DNA of 64,000 nt. Source: Lingula anatina. Taxonomy: Eukaryota > Animalia > Brachiopoda. Every line of letters begins with the position of its first letter. Positions within the stretch are counted from its first letter, which is position 1. Below the pieces are notes generated by a model. It saw nothing but the letters and a program-made list of their open reading frames with translations. It was not told the DNA's origin and searched no databases. Position numbers and translations under genes: made by a program. The stretch covers positions 18,228,001 to 18,292,000 of the forward strand of contig CM120642.1 of the NCBI GenBank assembly GCA_051362555.1, given 5' to 3'. Positions 1-14,100 of this stretch are shown piece after piece.

Positions 1-2570
1 ACAGCAGAGCTGGGGAACGGACTCCTGGAACCAGTGGAGCCAGCCAGCGGGGCAGTATGGCTGGAATGGTGGGGATGGCAGTGGCTATGGGGGAACTCAG
101 GGGGATTGGCAGAATCTCGAACCAGGGGACGAGTGGGCCACCCAGGGGAATGAGCAGTGGAATACCCAGGGGAATGAGGAATGGAATAGTAATACCCAGG
201 GGAATGAATGGAATGCCCATGGGAATGATGAATGGAATACCCAAGGAAATGGTGGGTGGACACAGGATCAGTCTCAGCAGGATGGGGAACAACTGACCAA
301 CCATGTCCAGTCTGGTCAGTTTTACTCCAGTGACCAAGGGCAACATGTAGATGGACATGTGCCACAGAACACTGGGCAGCATGTTTATCAGGAGGACACA
401 GGGGAGCAGAAGGAACAACAGGAAGGTTACCATAGCAACACTGATTATGAACAGTTTCCAAGTTTAAATGTCGATGGTATTGATCAGGTGCCTGATCATG
501 ACAATTTGCAACCTGTGAAAAATAAAGAGGAAATACCTGTTACGTCAGATGTTTCTGGTGGTGATCCAACTGTCAACAATCAGTACCTTGCACCAGGCGG
601 ACAGACTGGTTTGGTGAGGAATTTATCAAACATAAGTGATTCTAGTCTCGTGACAGTGAACTTCTCCCGTCAGAATTCTGAGTATGAGAGGGATGATAGA
701 GAAAAGCTAAGGGAGCAAGTGGCCACTTTATCCATTCAGGATACCCTAGGGGAGCACAGAGGTGATCCTGCTGGTGCACAGGTCTTTAACCCTCATGCTC
801 ACTTCAGTAACCCCGATATGCAATCACACTCCCCCTTTGATGACCTGGTTCAAGGGCAAGGTCATCAGCAGGGTGAAGGTCAGGTCGGAGGTCAAATGGA
901 AGTGAAGGTTGCACCAGGTCACAGTACGGAGAGCTCTTTTAACAAGCCACTTTTTGTTGTAGGGGGTTCTGCTGACACCTCGGCTCACAACAGTGCCGCA
1001 GGGTCCCCTGCTCCTCCGGACGTTCACCCGGAACAGCAACAGCAGAATGCTCAGGTACATTCCCACCCTCAGCACATCCAACAACAACCACCACCAGAGG
1101 GCAGTGGTGCACCAGTCCAAGACAGACTACCTTCAGACCACCAGCAGCATGGAAGACCTCCATCCTCTCAATCTGTTCATTCTAATGCCAGTGGGCAGAG
1201 TGGAGATAGACTGCTCCACAGTCATGGAGAGGCTGCCTCTATTTCTACCACCACTGGTCAGAATACAGAAACTGTGAACCCTGCCAAAGATAATGTACAC
1301 AGTCCTGGGGTAGACCTTAGTAGCCCACTGCCTCCTCCTCCTCCTATGGTGGGCAAAGGGGGAGAGAATCCTTACAGGAAAAGCCCTATGAATGCACCAG
1401 TACCACCAGTGGAGACAACACAGTCGCATCAACCCAGTGTTGGCAGTGGAGATGGCGGCACCTCCCCTGAGGTCCATATGGATATATTTGCCAGCACGAT
1501 TACACCAAGAAAGGAGAGCCCATTCCAACCCCCGCTGAGGGCGCCCAAGATCCTCCCGCACCCGGAGGCACTACAGCACACAGATACCGCTGCTGGTAAG
1601 CCAGAGGTTTCTGAACATTCCAAGTCTGGTCATCCTGTGTCTGTGACCCAGGCGGACCTCAGGAGCGCAGATGCCCCTCCCCCTGGGAGTCCCCAGCGTA
1701 GGTTATCAACACAGAGACTACGAGACCATCACAACATGTCTCCTGCAACAACTCTATGGGAAAATCCAGCTCCACTGTCTCTGGTTGCTAATAATATACT
1801 TTTGGCTCCAGCAGCCTCAACTATAAGTCCGATGACAGTGGATCGGACTCCAGTTAAACCAGCTGGGCCTGCAGGAGTGCAGCCAACTTTACCAGCTGAA
1901 AGTCATTTAGGGATAGTCCCTCATCAAAGTGATAATTACAGTGATACCTCCTCTCTGAAGTCTGAAGACGTCGAGGTCAGTAAGATTACAGCTGCCCCAG
2001 GGGGAGAAACTGCCAAACCAACCCCAGTTAGTAAACCAACGCCAAGTCAGCCAAAACAAAATCCAGTCAATACCCCCAGTGCCAATCAGCCTCTTCCTCC
2101 TCCTCCTTCTCAACCTCCTCCTCCTCCTCAGCAACATGTGAATCAAAACCTGAGTCAAAAGACAGATGGCACGTCCATTTCAGGAAAAGAAAATGCCAAA
2201 GATGAAATCCAAGAGACGCCAAAACGTCCAGTAGAAGATCGCCAGAGAGGCAGTCGAGATCAGAGGTCCAATGAAGATACAGGTGGTGACCGGAGCAGGA
2301 GAGATGACCGACCAGATGAGAGGAACTATAGAAGAGATGACGACAGACTACAGACAGACGACAGAGACAGAGTTAGACCAGGAGATAGAGACAGAGAGGA
2401 GGACAGGGATCGTAGAAAACCACGCTATGACAGATACGGTCGTCCATACGATGACTATGACAGAGATCGAGACAGGTACAGACCCTCTAGTCGCCAGGGT
2501 TACGATGATGACAGATCTAGGGGGGAATATGATAGCTCGGCTGATCCCAGCCCCAGGGGGAGTAGACCTG
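1..2570 (+). CDS. SEC16A: Large N-terminal low-complexity SEC16 exon (Trp/Gln/Gly-rich, Pro-rich, then Arg/Asp-rich)
   Basis: The frame of ORF 359-2593 is open from base 2 ([12 protein letters not shown]...). Donor CCTG|GTGAGT at 2571, phase 1, joins 2949. Confidence 0.85.
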
Positions 2571-5500
2571 GTGAGTATGAAAGAATAAATTGAGAGTGAA
2601 AAGTTAAAGATTTGTAATGAGGTGAACCAAATGTGAAGAAGTAATATGCAATTACTTGTAGCTTGTTTTGCCTGTTGTCGAATAATTTCAAAGATGGTCA
2701 AACACTGTTGATTGCTTCATTGGTTGTTGGTCGATTCAAGCTAGTCTAAAACTGGAAGTTATCCAAATGAAAGTTAAATAAATGATATCATAGAAATTTA
2801 CATTTTTTTTTTACCAATTGCTTATCACCTACAAGAGGTGAAGTAAGTAGTTAAACAAGTGTTGTCTGATCAATGTGGTAGAGAATTTGATTTCTTGCTT
2901 TCAAGAAAGTGAATCCTCTGACAAATGTGTCACCCCTCAAATTTTCAGAAGATCGCGACAGACCAAGATCCAGAAATGATTATGATAGAGATCGACCAAG
3001 ATACAGAGATGATTACGACAGAGACAGGCCTCGATCAAGGACCGATTACGACAGGGATAGACCCCAATCTAGGACTGACTATGATAGAGATCGACCACGA
3101 TCCAGGGCCGATTATGATCGAGATAGACCAAGTTCTAGAACTGATTATGATAGAGATCGCCCCAGGTCTAGAAATGACTATGATAGAGATAGGGGAAGGT
3201 ACCGACCTAGTTCAAGGAATGACGATGGCCGTAGGAGAGACAGGGATTACTATTCAGACAGAAGAGATCCATACTATAGCGATCCGAGATATAGTAAAGG
3301 TAGGTTGACAACATAGAATATATGAAGAGGGAATGTTCTAATAGAAAAGTGTGCTACCACCTAAGACTTGTTGGGTCATTGATACTCATCATTTCCCTGT
3401 TGAAGATCGTTTGTAGGTATCACAATGTCAGAGCTTTTGATGGAAATTCATATGTGTAGTCTGTTGTACATGGTAATCAGTTTTAACTTTTCACTTTCTA
3501 CACTATAGCTATACCTCACAATAATTTTTGTAACTCTGTGACCTGTCTCACTCAGTGTGTAATTATGAGACTTAGCACTACTAATGTCTCAGTAATATTG
3601 TTGCCCCATGTGTGCCACAATTGGGGTCTTCCCCGGGCCCCATCTCAGCCCAGGTATGGAAACTATGCTGGCCTCACCGAGAGGGGATAGGAATGAGAGT
3701 TCCTCAGGCTTGCTTTTTAACAAAAACAGCTGCCATGTTCTAAAAGAAATGTGGAAGTAAATCTATGCAGGTGGTTGTGTTGAACAGTTTATTAACAATG
3801 AAGTTCAAATATCATTGTGCTTTTTAAAATATTGAGACACTGAAAAAAAAAGCACTAGCAAAACGGTAGTGATCAAAAATTTTGCAACAGATATTGCTGT
3901 GGAAAGCAGTTTTTCTCACTGTCCATTCTGTATTCCAGAATATTATGACTACTACAAGAAGTACTATGGCTATGGCAGTGCTGAGGACTATTACAATAGC
4001 TATTACTATGGCAGACAGAGGGACCCCTATAGCAAGGGGTATGCAGAGGAGATGAAGTTACAGGGACAGCAGCCATATGATGACAGGTAGATCTCTCTCG
4101 CTCCTTCTCTTCCACTCTCTCCCTCCCTCTCGCCCTTGTATGCCTCTTGGACTACTTTGACCAAATACTGTCTGTGGCAGGAGTTTAAAGAAAAAAAACT
4201 TGGATAGAAATTCTGACTGATTGTATAATACTTATGAAGTCCTACCATGTGTTTATGCAAAAGTGAAGTTACTCCTTTGAAGGGATCAATAGGAAGTGGG
4301 GTAGAAAACTATATTGAACAGCATTAAAAATCCTTAATTTTTTTCTTATCCAGAAAATATAAAAAAAATTTAATATGTATGTATTTCAGGTATAGAGACT
4401 ACTATGCCAGGCAGTACAGTGGAAGCCAGCAGTATGGATACAACTATGACTATAGTGGGCGTGGCAGTCAGCCTGGCTCCAGGAGTCAGACTCCAGGAAT
4501 GGAGTAAGTATTAAACAGTACTAATATCACTAGGCAGTCAGCCTGGCTCCAGGAGTCAAACTCCAGGAATGGAGTAAGTATTAAACAGTACTAATATCAC
4601 TAGGCAGTCAGCCTGGCTCCAGGAGTCAGACTCCAGGAATGGAGTAAGTATTAAACAGTACTAATATCACTAGGCAGTCAGCCTGGCTCCAGGAGTCAAA
4701 CTCCAGGAATGGAGTAAGTATTAAACAGTACTAATATCACTAGGCAGTCAGCCTGGCTCCAGGAGTCAGACTCCAGGAATGGAGTAAGTATTAAACAGTA
4801 CTAATATCACTAGGCAGTCAGCCTGGCTCCAGGAGTCAAACTCCAGGAATGGAGTAAGTATTAAACAGTGCTAATATCACTAGGCAGTCAACCTGACTCC
4901 AGGAGTCATATTCCAGGAATAGAGTTAGTGTGAACAAGGCTCATATTACCATGAATAGCATATTCATATATCCGATTGGGGTAATGAAGGCCTTGGATTG
5001 GATATATGTTAGTGCGTAGTACAATTTTTTATTTTTTAAAATCATGTATTGAATCCAAATATTTAAACCTCTATATTTTCATTCAGATATTTTGGGCGAT
5101 TTGCAACCAGTTACAAATATAATCATACTTCTATCACACTTGTATTTCCCTTGTATTTCCCCAGAGATCCATATGCTGGTTACTATAGTGACCCTCACAA
5201 CCAATCCTATGCAGACTACTATAACCAGTATTACTATGGTGATACGTCATACAGTCAGCAGTCACAGGCAGGAGCTGGCCAGGAGGGGCAGGGTAAGAGG
5301 AGGATGCAAACGCTACTACTGTGTATAAACACGGGATTCCTTAAAACATGGGATTCATTGAAATTGCTCTGACTTGTGGTGAAATAGGTTTTTCATTGTC
5401 ACTTGTCTAATGATGGTGAAAGTGGTATTTTGGTATTTTTTCCAAAGACTTGAGGTGTATTTGGTCCATTTGGCATGTGCTTTTATCTACAGTTTGCATT

Positions 5501-8500
5501 GATGGGTAAGTCATGTGATTTAGGCTCTTTGATGAGTGATGTTATTACCCTAGCCATACAGGTTGTTTTTGCCTTTGTTGGTTTGTCAACCTTACTCAGA
5601 AAATTGTGCATGGATTTTGATTGAATTTTCAACAATATATAAGTGTCTCAAGGTACAGAATTAACAAACTAAGAATATGTTGTATTTTGGTGGTAAATGC
5701 TTAATTGATAAATTAATTGATAATGAGAATTGAGCTGCATTGATGGTGGTCAGATCAGCTTTCCTAGTTAGCAATGTAAAACAGTAGGAGCATAGAACAG
5801 TGTAGTCATTTAACCAGTATGATATCTTTTAATGAGTTTCAAGCAAAGTCAAACTGACCCACTGAAAGATCATAGTTAATTGAGTTCTTTCTTTTCTCTG
5901 CACAGCATCTGAGTCTCTGGAACCCAAGGAACCTGCCCGCATGACTCCCGTCAAGTTCTCCATCCCCCACGTACGTGCCACCTTCAGTGCTTGTGGTCAT
6001 CTGGTCAAGGTGCTGCCCAACTGTCCATCCAGTGGGGAGCCTGCCATGGTCCACATCAGCGATTTGGAATCTGTGATACCTGAGTCTGACGAGGCAGAGG
6101 AATTACGAATATTCCCTGGACCGTTGATAAAGTAAGATGGAATTGAATCATGGATAAAATGCTCTTTTGATAAGAGGATTTATAAAGAATTTTCTATGTT
6201 ATAGTAATAGGTTATAGGTTTTGTACCTCTGTTGTGACAGATAAAACAGAAATTAACATTGCCCGAAGCACACTTATTAAAATTTTTTATCAAATAAAAT
6301 ATTTGATTATGTTATATTTTTCAAAAGCTATGTTAAACTTGGTTATTTGTTTAAATACAATTTCCTTATTTTTCCAGGGGTCAGACCCATAAGATGTTAT
6401 TGTTTTAAATACAATTTCCTTATTTTTCCAGGGGTCAGACCCATAATATGTTATTGTTTTAAATACAATTTCCTTATTTTTCCAGGGGTCAGACCCATAA
6501 GATGTTATTGTTTTAAATACAATTTCCTTATTTTTCCAGAGGTCAGACCCATAAAATGTTATTGTTTTAAATAAAATTTCCTTATTTTTCCAGGGGTCAG
6601 ACCCATAAGATGTTATTGTTTTAAATACAATTTCCTTATTTTTCCAGGGGTCAGACCCATAAGATGTTATTGTTTTAAATAAAATTTCCTTATTTTTCCA
6701 GGGGTCAGACCCATAAGATGTTATTGTTTTAAATAAAATTTCTTTATTTTTCCAGGGGTCAGACCCATAAGATGTTATTGTTTTAAATAAAATTTCCTTA
6801 TTTTTCCAGGGGTCAGACCCATAAGATGTTATTGTTTTAAATAAAATTTCTTTATTTTTCCAGGGGTCAGACCCATAAGATGTTATTGTTTTAAATAAAA
6901 TTTCCTTATTTTTCCAGGGGTCAGACCCATAAGATGTTATTGTTTTAAATAAAATTTCTTTATTTTTCCAGGGGTCAGACCCATAAGAATGATGTGATAG
7001 CATTCTGCATGCACAAGGCCAAGGAGTGCAGGGAAAACGTGGACATGATAGACAGGGAGAGCGCAGAACTGCTCTGGAAGTTCCTAGTGCTTCTTATCAA
7101 GCAGAATGGGGTAAGTTTGGCCACTTTTACTTCTGGACCTAAAAGGTCTAGTTTGCTATAATTTCCCTTTTCATGTCTTGTGGTATTGTACTTAACTGGA
7201 CTAGTCCAGTTTGAGAGATTGAGAAGTTAATAATCTTGAGTATTGCGTGAGAGCGTCACCTCAATAGAGCCTGCATGCTCAACTAGGCGCATTAATTAAC
7301 ATGCAGTAGGAAGTGAACTTGAGAAGAAATTGTGACAGGGTTCAAATCCCCCTGTATGGTAATTTGTTAGGAGCTTTCAAAGTTGACCACTTCAGTTAGG
7401 AATACCATTTTATGTGAAAAGGGCAAATCTGATTGCTGAAAAATTAGAACGGAAGTAAGGACATTGTTAAGCAATATTTAGAGGATTAATAAGAAAGATT
7501 GAGGTGTGATTTAATAAAATCAAAATAAAATTTAAAAAAAAAACTAAATTGGAAGTAGCATTCTCTGGGATACAGTGGTGCAGGATCTGGTGATGAACTT
7601 AAAGATCTGTGTGAGATATGTTCATTAACAGGGGGGTAGTTTATTTAAAAAAAAAATTGCAGTTCTCAAATTTAAATTTTTTTAAAATTCCAGACTGTGG
7701 TGGGCACAGATGTTTCAGAACTTCTCCTAGAGGGCCACGAGCCGACGACGCGCGAGTACAACCGTATGGGAATGAAGATAGTGTCTAGTGCAATGGAGTT
7801 GGATGCCTTGGAAGAGGAGACGGACAGTGTTCAGCAAGATTCTGTTGCCACTGGCGACGACCTCAATAACACGTCTGTGACGAGTGACAGGTCATTTGTG
7901 AACAAACGAGGGTTGCTACGAGACGAGAGTGTTGATAGGTTTAGACATTTGTTGCTGTTTGGAAGAAAGAAGGTAAGTTGTTTGCCTCCTCTTTGTGTGC
8001 TGTTAGTTTAAATTTTTAAAGGCATTATTTCTACTGCCATGAGTATTTGTGTCAGTAAGTATTTTTTTATATTAATTTAATGAAAGAGTTAAGTTTGGGT
8101 TTGTGATATAATTCCCATTATGAATGCATGGATCTTTCAGCTTTATGATCCAGAAAGTTCAACCTCGGGTTCAAGTTTAGAGATGATTTAGTCAGTGTGA
8201 CTCATTTTTTATGCTCAATTTATTTGATAAAATTCAATATCATCTGTACAGGATGCCCTGGAATGTGCAATGAAAAATCAACTGTGGGGCCATGCTTTGT
8301 TCCTTGCCAGCAAGATGGACAATAGGACATATGCCAATGTCATGACAAGGTCAGTCCTGGGTGCCATATAGCATAATGGTCAACTTTTAGCCCAAAATAT
8401 TTTGTGGTTAATACTTTTTTTACCATAACATATTCATGTGACACTTAATTGCTAGTCTTCTTAATTTGAGTTGTAATTTTGACATTCATTTTGTTTCATT

Positions 8501-9385
8501 AATAGGAGTAAATGTGTTTTCATTTAAATTGGAAAATAATTAGATCTGTAGTATTTTGATAATGACAAACTACACTGTTTTTCTTAGAAGCACTAAACTG
8601 TTATTTTTGTTATTATTTTATTTACTTGAATATTTTCAGATTTGCAAACAGTGCCATGAAGATGAATGATCCCCTCCAGACCATGTATCAGTTATTGTCT
8701 GGTAGACAGCCAGCTGCTGTTACTGTAAGTAAACCAACTAGGGTTGAGATATTATAAAAAATGTTTGTACAGATTTGATACAGATTTGTTTATATTGTAC
8801 TTCACCTTGGTGATAGTCACTTTTCTGATGTTTGGAAAAGGACATATCAACCACAGCTTAAGTCTATAATTGTTTCCAATCATGCACAATACTTTTCTAG
8901 TTCTAAGTGCATCATTTTTTTGTCTCAAATTTAGTCAATGACCGTGTAGTATTTGTTTAGTGAAAAATATGGTTATGTATTGTTGTCCGTGTCTCTCAGA
9001 TGAGAAATTTGGTAAAACTGGGAACAATTATATTGTTTGCTGTTATCCGTCAATTGTTAAATAAGATATTTATTATTTCAGATATTGTTTTGAATGGATC
9101 TCGGAGGAAGGGTGAGGGGTTTGAAGTCCATACTTAGTACAATATGATTTTTTTACTGAGTGTTATTGTGATTATTGTTTTCAGTGTATCTCAGAAGAAG
9201 GCTGGGGAGACTGGAGACCTCACTTAGCTATGATATTGTCTAATACCACTCCAAAGCCTGAACTAGACAGGAAGAGTATATCAACATTAGGGGACAGCTT
9301 AGGTAGGTCACATAACTGTACTTATGTGTGTAATGTATCTTAAATTTGTTTAAGGCATGATATTTTTGTATCTAAAGAAACTGAA

Positions 9386-9427
<42 letters not shown>

Positions 9428-11128
9428 CTTGAAGGCAAGACATTTTGACACTTCATCAAAAGATCTCATGACTGACTCGCCAGTGGAACATTTTCCTCAA
9501 CTTTCACATGAAATAAAAAAAAAGCAAGACTGTATTTTCACTCGGTTAGAAAAATTAAAATAATTGCTGAATCAGTTAACATTTGAATTTCTCTTGTAAT
9601 ATTTTTCAGCTTCTCGTGGCTATCTCCATGCTAGTCATTTCTGCTACCTGATGGCACAGGTAAAGTTTGGAACCTTTGAGAGGAAGACTTCCAAGATTGT
9701 GCTGATTGGATCAAATCACAAGTAAGACACAGATCTGAATATTAGGTCAAGGTGAAGGTTAGACCCCTGTCAAGGTCAGCATGTTTTGGAGACTAAGACA
9801 TAGAAGTCATTGTAAAACAACTTTTTATTTGATAAATCACACAAAACAGAAAAACAGTATAATATTAATTCCCTTACCACAGTGATTTATTAGCATTGCC
9901 TATTTCTATGCCTTACTAAATCCATCTTTCTTCAACTGGACTTATTTTCTCACTTTCAGTCTGTCTCTTGATGAGTTTGCTGTCAACCTGGCTATCCAGT
10001 GTACAGAGATCTATGAGTATGCCCAGTCCCTGGGGAGTCCATACACTGCCATACCTACCTTCCAGCCATATAAGTTCATGTATGCATGCAGACTGGCAGA
10101 GCTTGGCTACTCTGAAGAGGTGAATGTTTTATATTAAGGCATACAATGTGACTTAAATGACTTAAAAGCAAATGGTAATTATGATAATAAAATGTGATAA
10201 CTTCAAAGCTTTTTCCTAAATCACAAAGATGAGCCCTTTCAAATTAAATAACACTCAGGTTTAAAGATCAAAATATCTCAACTTAAAAAGAAAAACACAA
10301 TGATATCATACCTATTATTAATTTATAAAAAATATTTTGAAAAGCAAATTGGAAGTTAGCACACTGTGGTGCAGTTTTGCATATTTGAAAATGATAAATG
10401 ATTGTACTTGAGTGTGCTTGTCCAGCATCTTAACATATGGTGTATTATTTACATAATTTAATATTATCTTGTAGGCGTTGACGTACTGTGAGGTGATATC
10501 TAGTACAATCCAGCAGGCACCTGGTGCATACTCCCCTGTATTGGTCAAACAGCTGTATGAGGTACATCACGGTAGTTTTACTTATTGATCACCACTGTGA
10601 CAATAGTTTAGCAAACTGTTTAAGAGGAGAATTGGATTTGTGGATGCTGTCATATGGAGCCCTGTTTCACAAAACTACTTGGGGGAACATAACTCTTAGC
10701 AAAGGCTGCCAAAATATCCCACGTTGAATTTTTTTTAGCCTTTTATTTAGGTCTTTAGAGAGTTTATGAAGATTTTTATTCTTAATGGTGAAAATAGTCT
10801 GCATTTAATAAAGAAATTACATTTATTGTGGGCCAACAGTCATATAATAAAAGGGTTTTATATCATAAAATCAGCTTTTCATTACAGTTGTTTGTGATGG
10901 AGAATTAAATTAGAGCTGTCTGTTACCCATCTAAATTAAGCCTAAAATGCAACTCTTGAGTAGACATTAAGTCTATTGCACATCAGTTATTTCATGTGTA
11001 TGATTCTAATTGCAGCTTGGCAGCCGACTGAAGTACCACGACCCTCAGACCATCCACTCAGCTGATGGAGAGTTTGATGATCCTTACTGGCTCAAAGCTA
11101 TGCCAAAGATCATGCAGGCTTTCCAGGT

Positions 11129-11189
<61 letters not shown>

Positions 11190-14100
11190 TGTAAGTATTG
11201 TTTGTAATAGAAATTATGTTATGTTGGAATGAGAAAGAAAATAATTAAGATTACTAATCAATCTTATTTGTCAGACATTATAATTTCAAGTTCAGATAAT
11301 GAACATTATCAAATTGGTAGTCTGTAATGCTTCAAAACGCAGCCAAATTAAAACTAAGAATTGTATTTTATTTCTCACAGTACTTCTTTTTGTAGATCCT
11401 GTTATTGTCAGTGAATGTTTTTAAAGTCATACAGAAGAATTAAAATCATGATTACTAGTATATATTATATGAATCAAACTCTGGAACTTGCGATGCAAAA
11501 TTCTACGCCAAACTAGCATGAGGGTCATGACTGACACCTTGGATTGACTGCTGATTGGATGACCTGGTGACCTGGATTATTTTGCCACCTAATATAATTT
11601 TTTTGACCACCAAGGTGCCAGTATTTGATTTCTATATCTTCAAGACCCTAATATTGTAACTTGTGCATAACACAGCTCATGATATTCGTTGTTGGGGTTC
11701 ATCAAATTGATATTGCGTGATTCTCTGTCTTTAGGACGGCAGTATCCAGTACCTAAGTGGAGCAGACACTCCTGCAGGGTTCCTATCCAGTGCTGGCAGT
11801 GAGGACGCGGAGGGATTCAACCAGGATGCGTCCATGACTCATTACCAATCCTCCTGGCAGCAACAGCAGCAGTCTTTATACCAGGGGATAGATAACGTGG
11901 ATGCTCAGCAGGTGCAGGGATATGATACCCAGCAGTATCAAGGTATTACTTGATTAATAAGTTATTATAATAATGCATCTATAAAGATCTACTATAAAGA
12001 TGTTATGTCTAATCCAAGATTTCAGTCCCTAGGTCTTCTTCAGGGATTTGAAAAAAATGCCTAGGGCCCAAAACCTTGGAATAGACATTACATCTTTACA
12101 GTAGATCTGCATAGATGCATCATTATAATAACTTATTTCTTAAAGATCTATAAAGTGATTTGACTAGAAAACACTAATAAGAGAGGGTAGACTTATTAGA
12201 TGTTTGAACAGTAGTGGATAAGCTTTTAAATCATGAACATGTCATTTAGCTGATAGGGTTTCAAAAAATGTACTATTTGTGGGGTTGGCAGCCTGATTTA
12301 GCATGACTTTGTTGAACTTTAGGTTATTACCAGCAGCCAGAGGATGGTCAGCTTCAACAACAACAACAGCAGCAGCAGGGGGACTACCAGTTCTACAACC
12401 CGCAGGCAGGGTTTCAGGGATATGATAGCACACAACAGATACAAGGTAAAATTTTGAGGATTACAGTGTAAAGTTTATTCAGTTATTGTATATATGTGTT
12501 ATAATTTATTACTGACAAATACATATTATGGAAAATTTATGACCGTTTCGGGTTAAAAAAGAAATGAAATGAGGCTTATTTGAAGTAAAAATTAAAAGGT
12601 ATCAACTAGAATATTAGGGAAAGTCATCTGATGTATATTTTCACTTTTGTAAATGCTTTGGCTGATATAATTTTATAAATGTAAAGGTATACATATATAT
12701 TCATTTGTTTATTGATGAGTTAATTGATAGACAATTCCACAATTCCATTGTATGTTTTCTCCACTAGATGTCAGTCAGAGTCAAGACATTCATGATCAGA
12801 CGGGAGAGTTCAAGCCATTTGGTGGCCACGACCTGAACTTAGCGGAAAGCTATGGCTCAAACTATACGACAACAACAGTGACATCTACAGGAAGCACAGA
12901 CGACCCTGATTCACCGTTTGCTCAGAGTGCGGCAACGACAACATTTGATTACTATGACATGAATACCGCACAGCAGGTATAATTACATTCAGCTAGTATT
13001 GAACTTTCCGTTCTTTTTTTCATCCCTCAAAATAGTCATTCTGATTTATGTTTTTTTCTTTAAAAAAAATTAACCACCACTCTGTTTAATGACAAATTCA
13101 TTTTGGATTATTAGAATCACGGTTGTCGACTTCTCATTTTTCAAAGTTCTGAAGTTGAAATTATTATTCATAAACATAAATAATAAAAGAAGTTAAAACT
13201 AAGTACCTGTCCTCATAAAGCTTTTACAGTTACCAAATTAATAATGTGATGATCTTTGTTTGTTGTTTATGTAACAATTGTTACTCTGCCAACATGTTTT
13301 TGCTGCTAACTTTGGTTATGGCTGTTCACAGCGCATGGGTTTGTTCTTATGTTTATTGCTTTTTTTCAGAAATATTTCTGTGCATTAACTTTTTTTCAGA
13401 ACTGTGTTTTATTTTTATTACTGGTTATGCTTATGTTATTTTCTGGTGATTATTACTATGTGAAAACTTCATGGTCTCCTTAATTTGATTTAATTTGGCA
13501 TCATTGTCAAAGATCATCCTTATTCCTGTATATGTGAGTTGACCGAGTACCTGCCATCATCATCTCTGTCTTCCTCATATTTTTCTGTCTTCATCTGTCA
13601 TATTTTATATTTTTTCTAATGAGTTCAGATTTTTCCAAGATTTCTGTAACCACTGGCTCAAATTTATGATTTTTCTTACTCAGTTATATTCTTTTTCTGA
13701 GTTTCACAAAATATTAAAATAATCTGTTGAAGACCAGATGTGAAAATGTACATTGTGCTGTATGTATTTTTTTGCCTGTTAATTTTGCATGCAGCATGGA
13801 GGTCAGGTGGGTGAAGGTACCGGTCAGTTTTCTGGTCAGTTCTCTGGTCAGTTCATATCTAACAGACAAAAGAGAGACTCCCAGTCCACGGTAGGCAGTG
13901 GGTTGAGTGCAGAGCACACCATTACCCCACAAGGGAGCCAGCGCGGCACCCCGGGGGCGGATGCCAAGAGCACCCCAACCAAGGGGATTCAGTCTTATTT
14001 TCGTGCATCACAAAATGCCACCCCTCTGGAGTTCAAGGCAATCCAACAACAGCAACATAGAAGGGACAGTTGTATAGACATGCCATTGGGGAGTAGTGAG

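Noticed and set aside
57-296. 79-aa Met/Gly-rich ORF
   Set aside because: Alternate-frame reading of the SEC16 exon; frame 2 is open and continuous with the long ORF.
4463-4928. Possible CRISPR array
   Set aside because: Units are contiguous and near-identical with no variable spacers, and they derive from the host exon/intron junction.
6290-7003. 237-aa minus-strand ORF of [18 protein letters not shown] repeats; CRISPR-like periodicity
   Set aside because: It is an artefact of a 54-bp (multiple of 3) minisatellite antisense to a SEC16 intron. There are no unique spacers and no cas genes, and the context is eukaryotic.
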